DNA of 56,418 nt, the filler included, from Sphacelaria rigidula (taxonomy: Eukaryota), in assembly GCA_964200075.2 (NCBI GenBank). It is 5 parts of 5 records of this genome, joined end to end, with 100 filler letters (N's around TTAATTAATTAA, not from the genome) between each part and the next. Parts side by side here need not be neighbours in the genome. Positions count along the whole stretch, not along the records: positions 33,915 to 45,116 come from CAXNAA020005243.1; positions 45,217 to 56,418 come from CAXNAA020005244.1; 3 more parts are not named here. One strand, written 5' to 3'. The notes below the pieces were generated by a model. That model saw only the letters and a program-made list of their open reading frames with translations. It was not told the origin of the DNA and did not search any database. Below are positions 36,606 through 46,601 of the stretch, piece after piece; positions within the stretch are counted from its first letter, which is position 1, and the number at the start of each line of letters is the position of its first letter. The translations under genes were made by a program, and so were the position numbers.

Positions 36606-37063
36606 GCATACTTTGAAATTTCACAGTAGTGGCTTGCTCTTTTGGATTCAACCAAGAGTGTTTTGGGTGTGGTAAATATCCGGGTATTTTCTTTCCCGAG
36701 TTTCGTGTTGCGCTGGTCCGATATTGAAACTCTAATCAAATACTGGGTATGTTTAGGTACGAGCGCGATACTCCGCCCAATTTCTGGGTATTGTTGAGTA
36801 CGACCTCACTACTCTCCCCGATTCGAGAACACGTTATTTCAAAATACCCCAGATATAGGAAATACCCCACCCAACACACACCCCTGGTTTCAACACATCT
36901 GACGCCCGCTTGTCGTAGAATTTGTCTGGAGTTCTTCTGCCTCTGTCTTTCTGCCTGTCTGTATTTCTGTCTGACGGTCCGTCTGTCTGTACTTTCAAAC
37001 CTGGAGGTTCTATATTTCCCATTTTTTGAAGTCATGACATAAAGTCGGAACGTTTTGTTGCAG

Positions 37064-40000
37064 GTACTGCCGGTAAGCTTCTTCGAGCGGGCGAACAATG
37101 CCTTCTTCAACTCGATCGTGATCTACGATGCCGACGGAAGCCGTCTGGGTCTCTATCGCAAGAGCCATATTCCTGATGGCCCGGGGTATCAGGTATGTGG
37201 ACTGTGGACAATGTAAAAGTGTGCGTGTTTTCTTCTTCACAATGAAAAATGGACACTATTCAGTGAATGGACACGTGTGATGGAATGGTGGATCGTACTT
37301 TTCAGAAAAATAATATCGTAGTTGACTCCTGTCTTTTTCCATTCCCCCATTCTTTCTGCTGAGGGATGTACAGTCTACGTGACACCATGAACTTATTCAA
37401 AGTTATAATACACTAGGCGACAAGAACACGGTTGTCGTGTGTGCGCTAGACCGGCAGGGGGAGGGCTGGGGCAACGAGTCATTATCCATTCACCCGGTGC
37501 ATTTGTGTATTTGGCGAATACAAAGTGCTTTCAATAGTTGGCACAAAGATGATAATTCTGTCGAGTGCTCTTCTGTGAAAAAAGAAAAAGCAGCGTCACC
37601 TATTCTGTGTTCTCGCGGAAAGAGAGAATTTCGGAGAGTGGCCAGACGTGCTTGCACATATATAATCCATCCCAAGATGCGAGGGCGTACAAAGCTACTG
37701 GCGGAGAGACCTGTACTCACATTCTGTAGTGTTCCCGTATGTTTTTTTGCTGGTTGGATTCAACGACGGTTTGCGGTTTGTCTCTTTTTTTTTCGCAGTC
37801 TGTTTACTTCGACTATGGTTCTTCTTCTTCTTCTTCTTCTTCTTCTTCTTCTTCTTCTTCATATTTTCCTTCTTTCTCGGACCCGTGGTTACAGACGCAG
37901 GCTCGTCCTTCCAATACCGACCCTGGTATTCCTTACAAGGGATACAGCCGTCATTGGTTCTTCTGAGACTAACAAAAAATCAGAATAACATCCGACGAGC
38001 AGCATATTTTCCGGCGGCGTAGGCGTTTGGTGTCACTAATGCGACATGTGTTGGCTCCGACTCTCGGCTGCGTATCCCCATCGTCCGTGCACTGGCTTAC
38101 ACCATGTGGACTGAGGCATGCAATTCAACCCAGCAAACCATGTTTTCCTCTCCCGGACCCCGCCATCCCTTGCCACCATGCACGTTGTTCAGCTCGTGTT
38201 GTATCAATTACCGTTCGACAAGCAATCCGTTCATCCGTTCATCGATCCATTGATCCGTCCATCAAACACTGTCAGTAGCTCGAACATACAGAAGGCGAAC
38301 CCTAAAAATTACCTTCTTTGTATGCACGATCATTTGAAACAAACAGCATCACAATCGGACACAACGCGCGTGTTTGTATGTGCGTGCCCCTCCTCTCCCA
38401 CCCCCCCCCGGCGCCGCTATCCAATGGATCCGACATGTACTATAACGACCATGACCACGACAACGACCATTACAACAACGACGACCATGACCACGGCGAC
38501 GATAATGACCATGACGAACGATCACGACTACGACTACGACTGCGACCATGACCACGGCCCCGACAACGACCATGACTAACGACCACGACCACGACTACGA
38601 CCACGACTACGACCACGACTACGACCACGACTACGACCACGACGACCATCATTACCACGGCAACGGCAACGACAACGACCACGACTACGACCACGACCAC
38701 GACCACAATGAACGAACGAAATGCAGGAGAAATTCTATTTCAGTCCGGGGGACACCGGGTTCAAGGTGTTCTCCACCAAATTCGGAAACATTGGCGTGGC
38801 CATATGCTGGGATCAATGGTTTCCGGAGGCGGCTCGGGCCATGGCGCTTCAGGGTGCCGAGGTAGTTTTTTTTTCCTGTCGATCGGCTACGAGAAGACGT
38901 CATCGGTTGGTCGATAATATTTTTCTCACATGTATAATTGATCCGCTACACAGTCCCAACTGCGATCAAAATATATACATGCACCTCACGAGGGAAATGA
39001 ACAGGAGGAAGCTCTTGCGGAACAAAAAACGATCAAAACAAATGGACGAGAAAAAAAGTGGAAAAAAAGATGAAATGCGAAAATGCTCGTCCTACCGCAC
39101 GTTTTTTACATTCGTGGTTGGCGATTTAAAGTAGTAGGCGGCTGCGAGATATTGATAATTCTGTCGTTTTTTATAGTGTTTGTTTTCCCCTTCACTTACA
39201 TTCATGACCATCCGTCCGTTCGGCACGTTCAACGTCAGCTCATGATATCACGTCTACACACAAGTCATGCCGTGTTCAGTTAGCTACGGAGAGGATCGGA
39301 GCTTTTCTCTATGTTCTTTTTTGTTTTTCAATGTCAAGCACCAACCATACGAGCACGATCATCTATTTTTGTTTGATTTTGTCCGCGGGGTCAAAAGCTT
39401 TTGAGCTGAGTTTTCCCTGGTGCGTCTCTACATATGTGTTTTGGTGTCTCCCATTTTCCCATGCCTTGATCCTCCTTTTCTTCTCTCGTTTGCCCTTTCT
39501 GCTCCACCCTACCCCACGTACGTATTTGGAAGATCCTTCTTTATCCCACCGCGATCGGCTCGGAACCTCAAGACCCCACCATAAACTCAAGCGCACACTG
39601 GAGAAGAGTCATGCAAGGCCACGCTGGGGTGAGTACTCCATTCTGCGGCCACTGGCCAACCAACTTCTTGACCCTTCAGAAAACCCGACGTCTCGGAATA
39701 ACCAAACGGCTTTTCAAGGATTTGAAGAGTCTGGTGGGTGGTTGAGTACCCGAACAGGTCTAGTCCTGTTGCCAAGGGAGAAGTCTGTCAGACACGTTGG
39801 TATCGTCGTGTGCGAACGGAGACTGGGAGTTTTGGTTGCTGAGGTGGGCTCGTTTCGCACTGTAGACAATGACTACATATTTTATCGACATGAAGTATAC
39901 TGCGTAGAGTATGAAATGCATTATTTTTTCAATAGATGGTATATTCAAATGCAGATGTGTCCGTTGTAGATTCGATACTATGTGCATTCCTTTTTCTGCC

Positions 40001-41325
40001 GATGCTGTCTATTGCCCAGGGTGCGGGGAGTTTCCACGCCTTTTTACTTGAACTCAAATTGGAATCGACCTGGCGAAAAAATGCTGGTGACACAATGAGA
40101 AGGGTGTGTTGAGTAGATACGCTAACGTGACTTTGGACTGCGAAACAGAAGTGATTAAATGAACTGTACAGTACTGTACAGTAGTCATTTTCCATTACTG
40201 TGCAATAGTCGTTTTCCAGTGAGTCCACGTTGCCAAGACGAACGTTCTGTGGCTCGAGTTTAATGTTTTTATCGTGCCGAAAGTTTTGTCGAGGAGTATA
40301 CGTGTTTGTTGTTGTGATGAAGCCAGTCATAAACAACTCGCGCTACATGTGAATTATGTAGCTGTGTTTTGTTGTGTTGACCCGTTGACAGAGAAATACA
40401 ACAGTCATTCCCCAGTGAGTTTGCGCAAACGCGGATGTTTGCTAGATGTCGGGAGAAATTTGTAGTCAGTCTTGAAATGGTCTTTAGCCTGACCTGACTG
40501 AAAATTTCCACGTCACCAATTTTCGGAGAAAATGTTTTCCTTCCGATAATTTCGGAGATTTGGGGGAAGCAAACAACAGACGTGTTAATTAGATCCCTAC
40601 CTTGATTTCAACGTGCAAAATATGCAGCACAGATCTCAAAACCTATCCAGTTAGAGGGGGGCGTACTCATATGTTGCTCGCCTTAATCTTTTGACCATTG
40701 ACCACGCATCCCTTTCGAGACGCAGCAGCAATTAGAGAGGGGGGGAGTTGAAAATGTCCACCTCCTACCATCCTTCCCTACCGTAAACGTTGCACATATA
40801 TTTTTTTCCCCTGCATCACAGGCCAACATGGTTCCAGTGGTGGCCTCAAATCGTGTGGGTCGGGAAGAATTCTCTTCCGGAAAAAGCCACATAAATTTCT
40901 ACGGGAGTTCGTTCATCGCAGACCAGACCGGAGAAATCGTCGCGGAATGCTCGTACGATGGGCCACCCTCCACCGGACAATCACACAGCGGTGGAAACGC
41001 CTCCTCCCGCAAAGCAACCGCTGAAACGCCTAAACCGACGGAGAAGGTGGGCAGTGGCGATGAAGCTGGATCGGCGGTATTGCCAACGGTCGCCTGCACT
41101 ACTGCCGAGGTTACCCGTAGTAGTAGCAGTAGTGGGAGTGGTAGCGGTAGTGCTGAGGATGGTGGTGCAGGAGGAAAAGCGCGCGAGGGGGAGATTGCCG
41201 TGCACACGTTTGACCTTGAGGCTGTTCGATTGCAGCGCGCTGGCTGGGGATTGTTTCGGGATCGACGGCCGGAGTTGTACCGGCCGTTGTTGTCGTTGGA
41301 CGGGTCTGTACCGTCGCGGAAGTGA
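37064..41325 (+). CDS. aguB: N-carbamoylputrescine amidase (nitrilase superfamily), spliced, N-terminal exon(s) not found in this scaffold
   Basis: Four phase-0 exons 37064-37192, 38727-38861, 39533-39628, 40822-41325 join to VLPVSFFERANNAFFNS...YRKSHIPDGPGYQ|EKFYFSPGDTGF...ICWDQWFPEAARAMALQGAE|ILLYPTAIGSEP...HWRRVMQGHAG|ANMVPVVASNRVG...FYGSSFI...WGLFRDRRPELY. Catalytic Lys and Cys are present. Confidence 0.93.
37819..37860. repeat. (TTC)n microsatellite
   Basis: Direct inspection. Confidence 0.95.
38445..38708. repeat. (GACCAC/GACTAC)n hexamer-type simple repeat at the 3' end of an intron
   Basis: Direct inspection; ends ~15 nt before acceptor CAG 38724-38726. Confidence 0.9.
40655..40727 (-). 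mobile_element. ~70-nt family A mini-copy with G-run
   Basis: GGGGGGCGTACTCATATGTTGC...GACCATTGACCACGCATCCCTTTCGAGACG. Confidence 0.75.
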
Positions 41326-41384
41326 TATGTTGTGCTAGTCGATGAGAAGTTGTTGTGCAGTGACCCCTTGGCTCGGCCCCAGGT

Positions 41385-41469
41385 GGGGGGCAGGGGGGGA
41401 GACGTGCTCATTCATTGTTTGCCTTCGTCATATGACCATTGACCACGCATTCCTTTGGAGATGGAGGAC
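41385..41469 (-). mobile_element. ~70-nt family A mini-copy with G-run
   Basis: G-run + GTGCTCATTCATTG...GACCATTGACCACGCATTCCTTTGGAGATGGAG. Confidence 0.7.
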
Positions 41470-41477
41470 GGATAGTA

Positions 41478-41862
41478 GGGGGGGAGGGGGAGGGGGGGGG
41501 GCTACTGATTTGTTGCTTACCTCAGAAATTTGATCATTCACCACGCATCCCTTTCGAGACAGAGCACCGTTCGTACTCCTGATGGAGACACCTCCGACAT
41601 TTCGGCGCTCGTTGCGTTTCTTCCATACGTCGCACAACAATCTTTAACGGATCTTACCCCCTTCCTGTTTTGCCGCCTGTGGCCACCATCTATATCCTAG
41701 TGTAGCGATCGTTTCCTCGCGACTGTAGACCTTTTTCTTATTTCTGACAGGTCGAGGTAGTCCCCTACCAGAAATCGCAGTTTCAGCTTTTTCGCGTAGA
41801 TCAGCGGGCCGTTCAGATATGCTTTCATCTCTACATTCCTTCTCTCGACCCCCGTATATCTT
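41478..41862 (-). mobile_element. Degenerate non-LTR retrotransposon (LINE) 3' end with poly-C (family A)
   Basis: Frameshifted minus-strand translation KIYGG..MKAYLNGPLIYAKKLKLRFLVGD..D...RKR/..ETIATLGYRWWPQAAKQEG..LCDVWKKRNERRNVGGVSIRSTNGALSRKGCVVN..SNK, then a C-run; resembles LINE ORF2 C-termini recalled from brown-algal proteomes. Confidence 0.7.
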
Positions 41863-41879
41863 ATGGTAGAGCACCCACA

Positions 41880-42170
41880 AGGCGGCGTGTAACCCGTGGC
41901 TGTCTCTGAAAGTGGCGAGACCAGGAATGAACCAACTCACTGTAAGCTGTCATACAAATTCAAGACAAACAGCTTCGGGCCGAACAATCTTAGCAGGCTG
42001 CAGCTCACCCTTCATGCACCTCACCGAACACACCACGGCGCTTCGCGCTTGCTGATTGCGAGCCTGGTCCGTTGAAAGCCTGGCTTGCTCCGTCCCGGTT
42101 TTGCAGGGACACGAGGTCAACGGGTATGTAACAACAGCATGCAAGATCATGAGGACGCCCCCCCCCCCCG
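41880..42170 (+). mobile_element. Family B copy, 5'-truncated, with poly-C
   Basis: CCGTGGCTGTCTCTGAAAGTGGCG... ending GATCATGAGGACG followed by a C-run. Confidence 0.8.
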
Positions 42171-42510
42171 CATATCTTCAGGTACTCGTCCCCGTCCACT
42201 TTCTGTCCTAGGGCTTGTTTCCTTCTTGAGGTATTTCTATCATGTCTTTTGTGTCTTGTACCCCCGGCATTCACCTATGGACTTTATCTCGTCGTGGTTC
42301 CCTCCTATGTCCTATACTACTTTCTCGACTACGCTATCCCATCTTATTTCAATCTGCCTCTTCGTTACTTCATTCCATACAGCCCTATCAACCATGGATG
42401 ATTTCTTCTTGGCGTATTCCGTACGTGATACTCCCATTTCACTTTTCTCGTGTCCGTATTCGTTTGAAGTGGGTACATTCCCAATTCTGAACTTGATACT
42501 GTTTGTATTG

Positions 42511-42700
42511 TGTGTGTTGTCGTCCCATCTATTCTGGGCGCCGGTCTACACCTTTCGGTATATGTGGGCGCACCAGCCAGGGTCACATAGGAGGAAGGTC
42601 AACATAAGAGTATTTTCTTGTAGACAAGGGAGCTTTTATTTTTTTATTTGTTTTTAGTACCCCACCTTCTTTCTGCGGTGCTTGCCATTATTTTTTATCG
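42511..42700 (-). mobile_element. SINE family S1, 3' portion
   Basis: GTGTTGTCGTCCCATCTATTCTGGGCGCCGGTCTACACCTTTCGGTATATGTGGGCGCACCAGCC shared with 36187. Confidence 0.7.
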
Positions 42701-42839
42701 TATTGCTCATCGTTTTTGAGCACACAAGTATTTTCTTAGTCACTGCTATCTGCAGTATTTCCAGCTGCTTCACGAGCTTCGCTTTCCCTTCCCAAACTTC
42801 ACCTGCATATTATAGCTACGGGAGGCGCGCGCGCGCGCG

Positions 42840-43352
42840 GGGGGGGTGTACTCATGATCTCGCATGCCGTAGTCATATGATCGTTGACCTTCCATCCCTA
42901 CAAAGCCGGGACGGAGCACGCCGGATTTTCACCGGACCAAGCTCGCAATCGATCACCAAGCGCGAGGCGCCGTGGTGTGTTTGGCAAGTCGCATGAAGGA
43001 TAAGCTGCATCCTGCTAAGATTGTTCGGCCCGAAGTGTACTGGTTATATTGCATTTGGATGACAGCCTCCCATGAGTTGCTTTATTTTCTGGTATCGCCA
43101 CTTCCAGAGACAGCCACGGGTCACACACTGCCTCATGGGCGTCTAACCATTAAGACACTACGTAGTAGTACGATCATCCCCTTTTGCGCAGAACTAAGGT
43201 GCTCACATCTCGCACAATATGATCTAGCTCGACCACCGTCATGGTGCCGCATAAAAAACGCAAGCGCGTAACGGGAAGCTGGTTGCCTTGCTTATACGCA
43301 CTGAGTGGCGTGCTTCACAGCGTCATGCCAACCGACGCCAACCCCATAGGGG
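42840..43352 (-). mobile_element. Near full-length family B element (~500 bp)
   Basis: From G-run/GTACTCATGATC to CCAACCGACGCCAACCCC (GGGGTTGGCGTCGGTTGG on element strand). Confidence 0.75.
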
Positions 43353-43424
43353 GGTCCGTCCCTACAAAGCCGGGACGGAGCACGCAGGGTTTTCGCCGGA
43401 CCAGGCTAAAGTGTGTGTGTGTGT

Positions 43425-43496
43425 GGGGGGGGGATACTCATTCGTTGCTTACCTTAGTTATTTGTCCATCACCCATCCCTTTCGAGGTGGAGCACC
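43425..43496 (-). mobile_element. ~70-nt family A mini-copy with G-run
   Basis: G-run + ATACTCATTCGTTGCTTACCTTAG...CATCCCTTTCGAGGTGGAGCACC. Confidence 0.7.
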
Positions 43497-44070
43497 TAGG
43501 TAAGGTGTGTGTGTGTGGCAGAACAAGACCGAAGAAACCATTGCTCGCCCTCAAATTTGCCCATCTTCACCGCCAAGGCAGCCCGTCCTATGAGGACCCA
43601 TGAATCATCACAGACAGCACAAATATTGAAAACGCACGTTCATCAGAAAAATAAGTGCTGCCACCAGAAAACGTGAAGTTATCCTGGAACCGTCTCAACG
43701 AGTAGAGCAAGTCATTCCAAGGTGTCAGCATCCGCCTTGCCCTCTTTTAGGGCGAAAACGACGGAGAAGGATCAAAGCGGCAGTTTTGAACGATGAAATG
43801 TTTTTTTTGTACAAGAATGTACAGTAAACAACCAGGAGGGACGCACCCATCGTCCCCTGTCCCGTGTCCGGTGTCGGAGGCTAGGTGGACGGTAGTTGTT
43901 ATTCGTCTCGGTTCATTCTTCTCAGCTGCTTATTATAATCTAGTTTCTTGATGTTCCGGGAGGGAGATTGTTGTATCCTCCAAGTATTATTGCTGCGATC
44001 CTCCCGTAGGCAAACATTACAAATTGCGAGATTTATCATCGCTTTAGTAACAGAATGAAAACATATCTCA

Positions 44071-44274
44071 ACAGCCAATCATCTATGTTGAGGATGGTGC
44101 TTTTGATTGAGGATGAGAACCCGGAGGATTAAAATCTTCGTATCCACACTAAATCTTCGAAATATGGTTCCATTTCTTTATACGTGGATACGAAGATTGA
44201 AGATTTTAATCCTCCGGGTTCTCATCCTCAATCAAAAGCACCATCCTCAACATATAGTATAGATGATTGGCTGT
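44071..44274. repeat. Foldback inverted repeat (MITE or hairpin-RNA locus)
   Basis: Left arm ACAGCCAATCATCTATGTTGAGGATGG...CTTCGTATCCAC is the reverse complement of the right arm apart from two 7-nt insertions; flanks ATCTCA/TTCTCA. Confidence 0.85.
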
Positions 44275-44609
44275 TTCTCAGACAATATTTGGGCAAAGAG
44301 GTGCACCCCTACCGTAGAACCACTTTATTATAGTCCACCTGAACGACAACTGACAACAACCATCAACTACAACGTGGTATAAGTTCATTGCTATGCATTT
44401 ATTATCGTCACGCCATGAATGCCTATCAACATTCATACAGCAGTACATCCTAAGTTATGTTCGCATTGGCCCTTTAACTAGCCTTGTGCTCGAGTTTTTC
44501 CCAACTGGCATTTGCAGTCAGTATTTCCCTTCCTAGCGTCCAAAAGGGTACCCTACTCTCTGCTTCTCTACCGCGTTTCTCGTGGATCTCCAAATTATTC
44601 CAAGGGTAG

Positions 44610-44945
44610 CACACGCGGCCATTTGGCTACCTCGAAACTTCCTCCAGGTGGGTACACTTTTCGAGCCTCCAGAGGAATTAAACGCCTCCGGAGGGGTGAG
44701 CGGCCCTTCAGAGGAGACTTTTTGGTTTCCTCCAGAGGGATTGAACGCCTCCGGAGGCTTTTTCTTGCCTCCGGAGGGCCGTGCATACCCCCAAATTTCT
44801 CCGGAGGGGTGCGCGGCCCTCCGGGTCGGTAGACTTTGGTTTCCTCCAGAGGGATGGAAAACCTCCGGAGGCTTGTTTCGCCTCTGGAGGGCCGCGCATC
44901 CCTCCGGAGGCATTCTGGGGTGTAGTAGCCGAATGGCCGCGTGTG
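44610..44945. mobile_element. 336-bp CAC...GTG TIR element (CMC/EnSpm-like MITE) with CCTCCRGAGG array
   Basis: 21-bp TIR CACACGCGGCCATT(T/C)GGCTAC (20/21 identical), AG duplicated on both sides, about a dozen CCTCC(A/G)GAGG palindromes inside. Confidence 0.8.
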
Positions 44946-45009
44946 AGGTCGAGTAGAGTGTACTCAATACTCAGTATTTTTGAAGAATCATACTTTTAGT
45001 ACTCGTAGT

Positions 45010-45116
45010 TTGAGTAGGGTATTTGAGATCATACTCAACGTACTCAAAATTTGAGTAGAGTATTTGAGACCGTACTCAACGTACTCAAAACTTGAGTAGA
45101 GTATTGAGGTCATACT
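45010..45116. repeat. 41-bp tandem repeat (TTGAGTAGAGTATTTGAGACCGTACTCAACGTACTCAAAA), runs off scaffold end
   Basis: Unit starts at 45010, 45051 and 45092. Confidence 0.85.
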
Positions 45117-45216
45117 NNNNNNNNNNNNNNNNNNNNNNNNNNNNNNNNNNNNNNNNNNNNTTAATTAATTAANNNNNNNNNNNNNNNNNNNNNNNNNNNN
45201 NNNNNNNNNNNNNNNN
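45117..45216. other. Artificial scaffold linker
   Basis: N44-TTAATTAATTAA-N44. Confidence 0.98.
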
Positions 45217-45810
45217 GTCAATGGTCTTATGACTATGGCAGGTATGATCATGAGTACACCCCCTCCCTCCCCCCCTCCCTCCCTGCCTCTCCCATTCAAG
45301 AGGTGGCATTGGTTGACAACGACGCTGTAAAACACACCATTCGTTGTGTCAGCTACGCAACCAGATTGCCGTTTTTTTCTCCCTTACATGTTTTGCTGTA
45401 ACCACGACGGTGGTCGACTTAGATCATTTTGTGCGGGGTGGAGAAGCTCAAATCCGCGCAAGGGTATTGATCGCACCACGTGGTGTTGACATGGTGAGAC
45501 ATCCATGACGCAGTCTGGAAGCCATGGCTTTCTCTGGAGGTGGCAATACTGGAAAATGAAGCAACTCATTCGAGGTTGTCATCTATATACAACATGAGCA
45601 GTACGCTTCGGGCTGTACAATCTTAGCAGAATGAAGCCCACCCCTCACGCGACTTGCCGAACACATCACGACGCTTCGCGCGTGATAATTGATTGCGAGC
45701 CTGGTCCAGCGGCAACCAGGTGTGCTCCATCCCGGCTATGCAGGGATGCGAGGTCGATGGTCTTATGAATATGATATGCTATACAATGAGAACACCCCCC
45801 CTCCCCCCAC
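45217..45810 (+). mobile_element. Family B 3' tail + C-rich tract, followed directly by a full-length family B copy (~45298-45810) with poly-C
   Basis: ...GATCATGAGTACACCCCC at 45246-45263; then GAGGTGGCATTGGTTG...ATGAGAACACCCCCCC. Confidence 0.78.
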
Positions 45811-45832
45811 TAATCGCAAAAAACAAAACCAG

Positions 45833-45960
45833 GTCGTCTTGAGCCGGGGAGAAACGATCGAGTATTTCCAAACGACGGTGTTCAACTTCCTCACGCAGGC
45901 AGAGGCCTTCAACGTGGCCGCCGAGGACGGTCTTCGAAAAGTCGCTAAAGCTGAAACCAC
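45833..45960 (+). CDS. Possible isolated exon, function unknown
   Basis: CTAAT branch-like motif and CCAG acceptor followed by protein-like VVLSRGETIEYFQTTVFNFLTQAEAFNVAAEDGLRKV; 3' boundary unclear. Confidence 0.25.
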
Positions 45961-46601
45961 GACGCTGTTGTTTGCGTTAATGTACACGTGTACTATACTG
46001 TACTGTACTGTAGCACTTTTCCTTATCTTTCACGGAGTACTTGAACCCTTTGCCGGCCAAGGTGTGTGTCAATCCTTTTAGTCGGCATCGCGTTCTTTCG
46101 AAAAAAACACTTGTCAGAGTCGGGTGTTCAGCATAGCTTTCACGTACTACTGCTTCCCCCCCTTTGTGTGTGCGCCTGCGTTCAGTTATACTCGGCTGGC
46201 GATTCCCCCATGTCTGTGTATGAAAGTTTCTTCGTTTTTTGCTACTTTGCCACAACAGTAAGGTGAGAAGGGAGAAAGGGGGACGAGTGATATCGTTGGT
46301 CTATTTGCCGGTCGTGCTCCGCATGTTACTAGTGTGGTCGAGAAAGACATTTCGTGGCAGTGAGGTAGTGGCGGTTTTCACGTGGCCAAAGGAGCTGTGT
46401 GTGTATGTGTGGCACGAATAAGATGCAGGTATAACACACATGTGTGTATGGATAGATAGATAGATGTAGATGTTGTGTATGTGCGGCCAAGCGGTTTTGT
46501 CCCGTCTCTCGGTGGACGCCGGACGTATTTAGTTGTAAGGAAATGACGAAGAATGGCGAAGGATATAGGAAGCAGAGCGATGCTTGTGTTTTGATTTATA
46601 T

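Noticed and set aside
38118..38865. His/Asp-rich, Thr-rich or poly-Val ORFs
   Set aside because: Translations of an intronic hexamer repeat.
44512..44999. Overlapping ORFs with PPEG/SGG repeats
   Set aside because: Arise from the palindromic CCTCCGGAGG array in the MITE.
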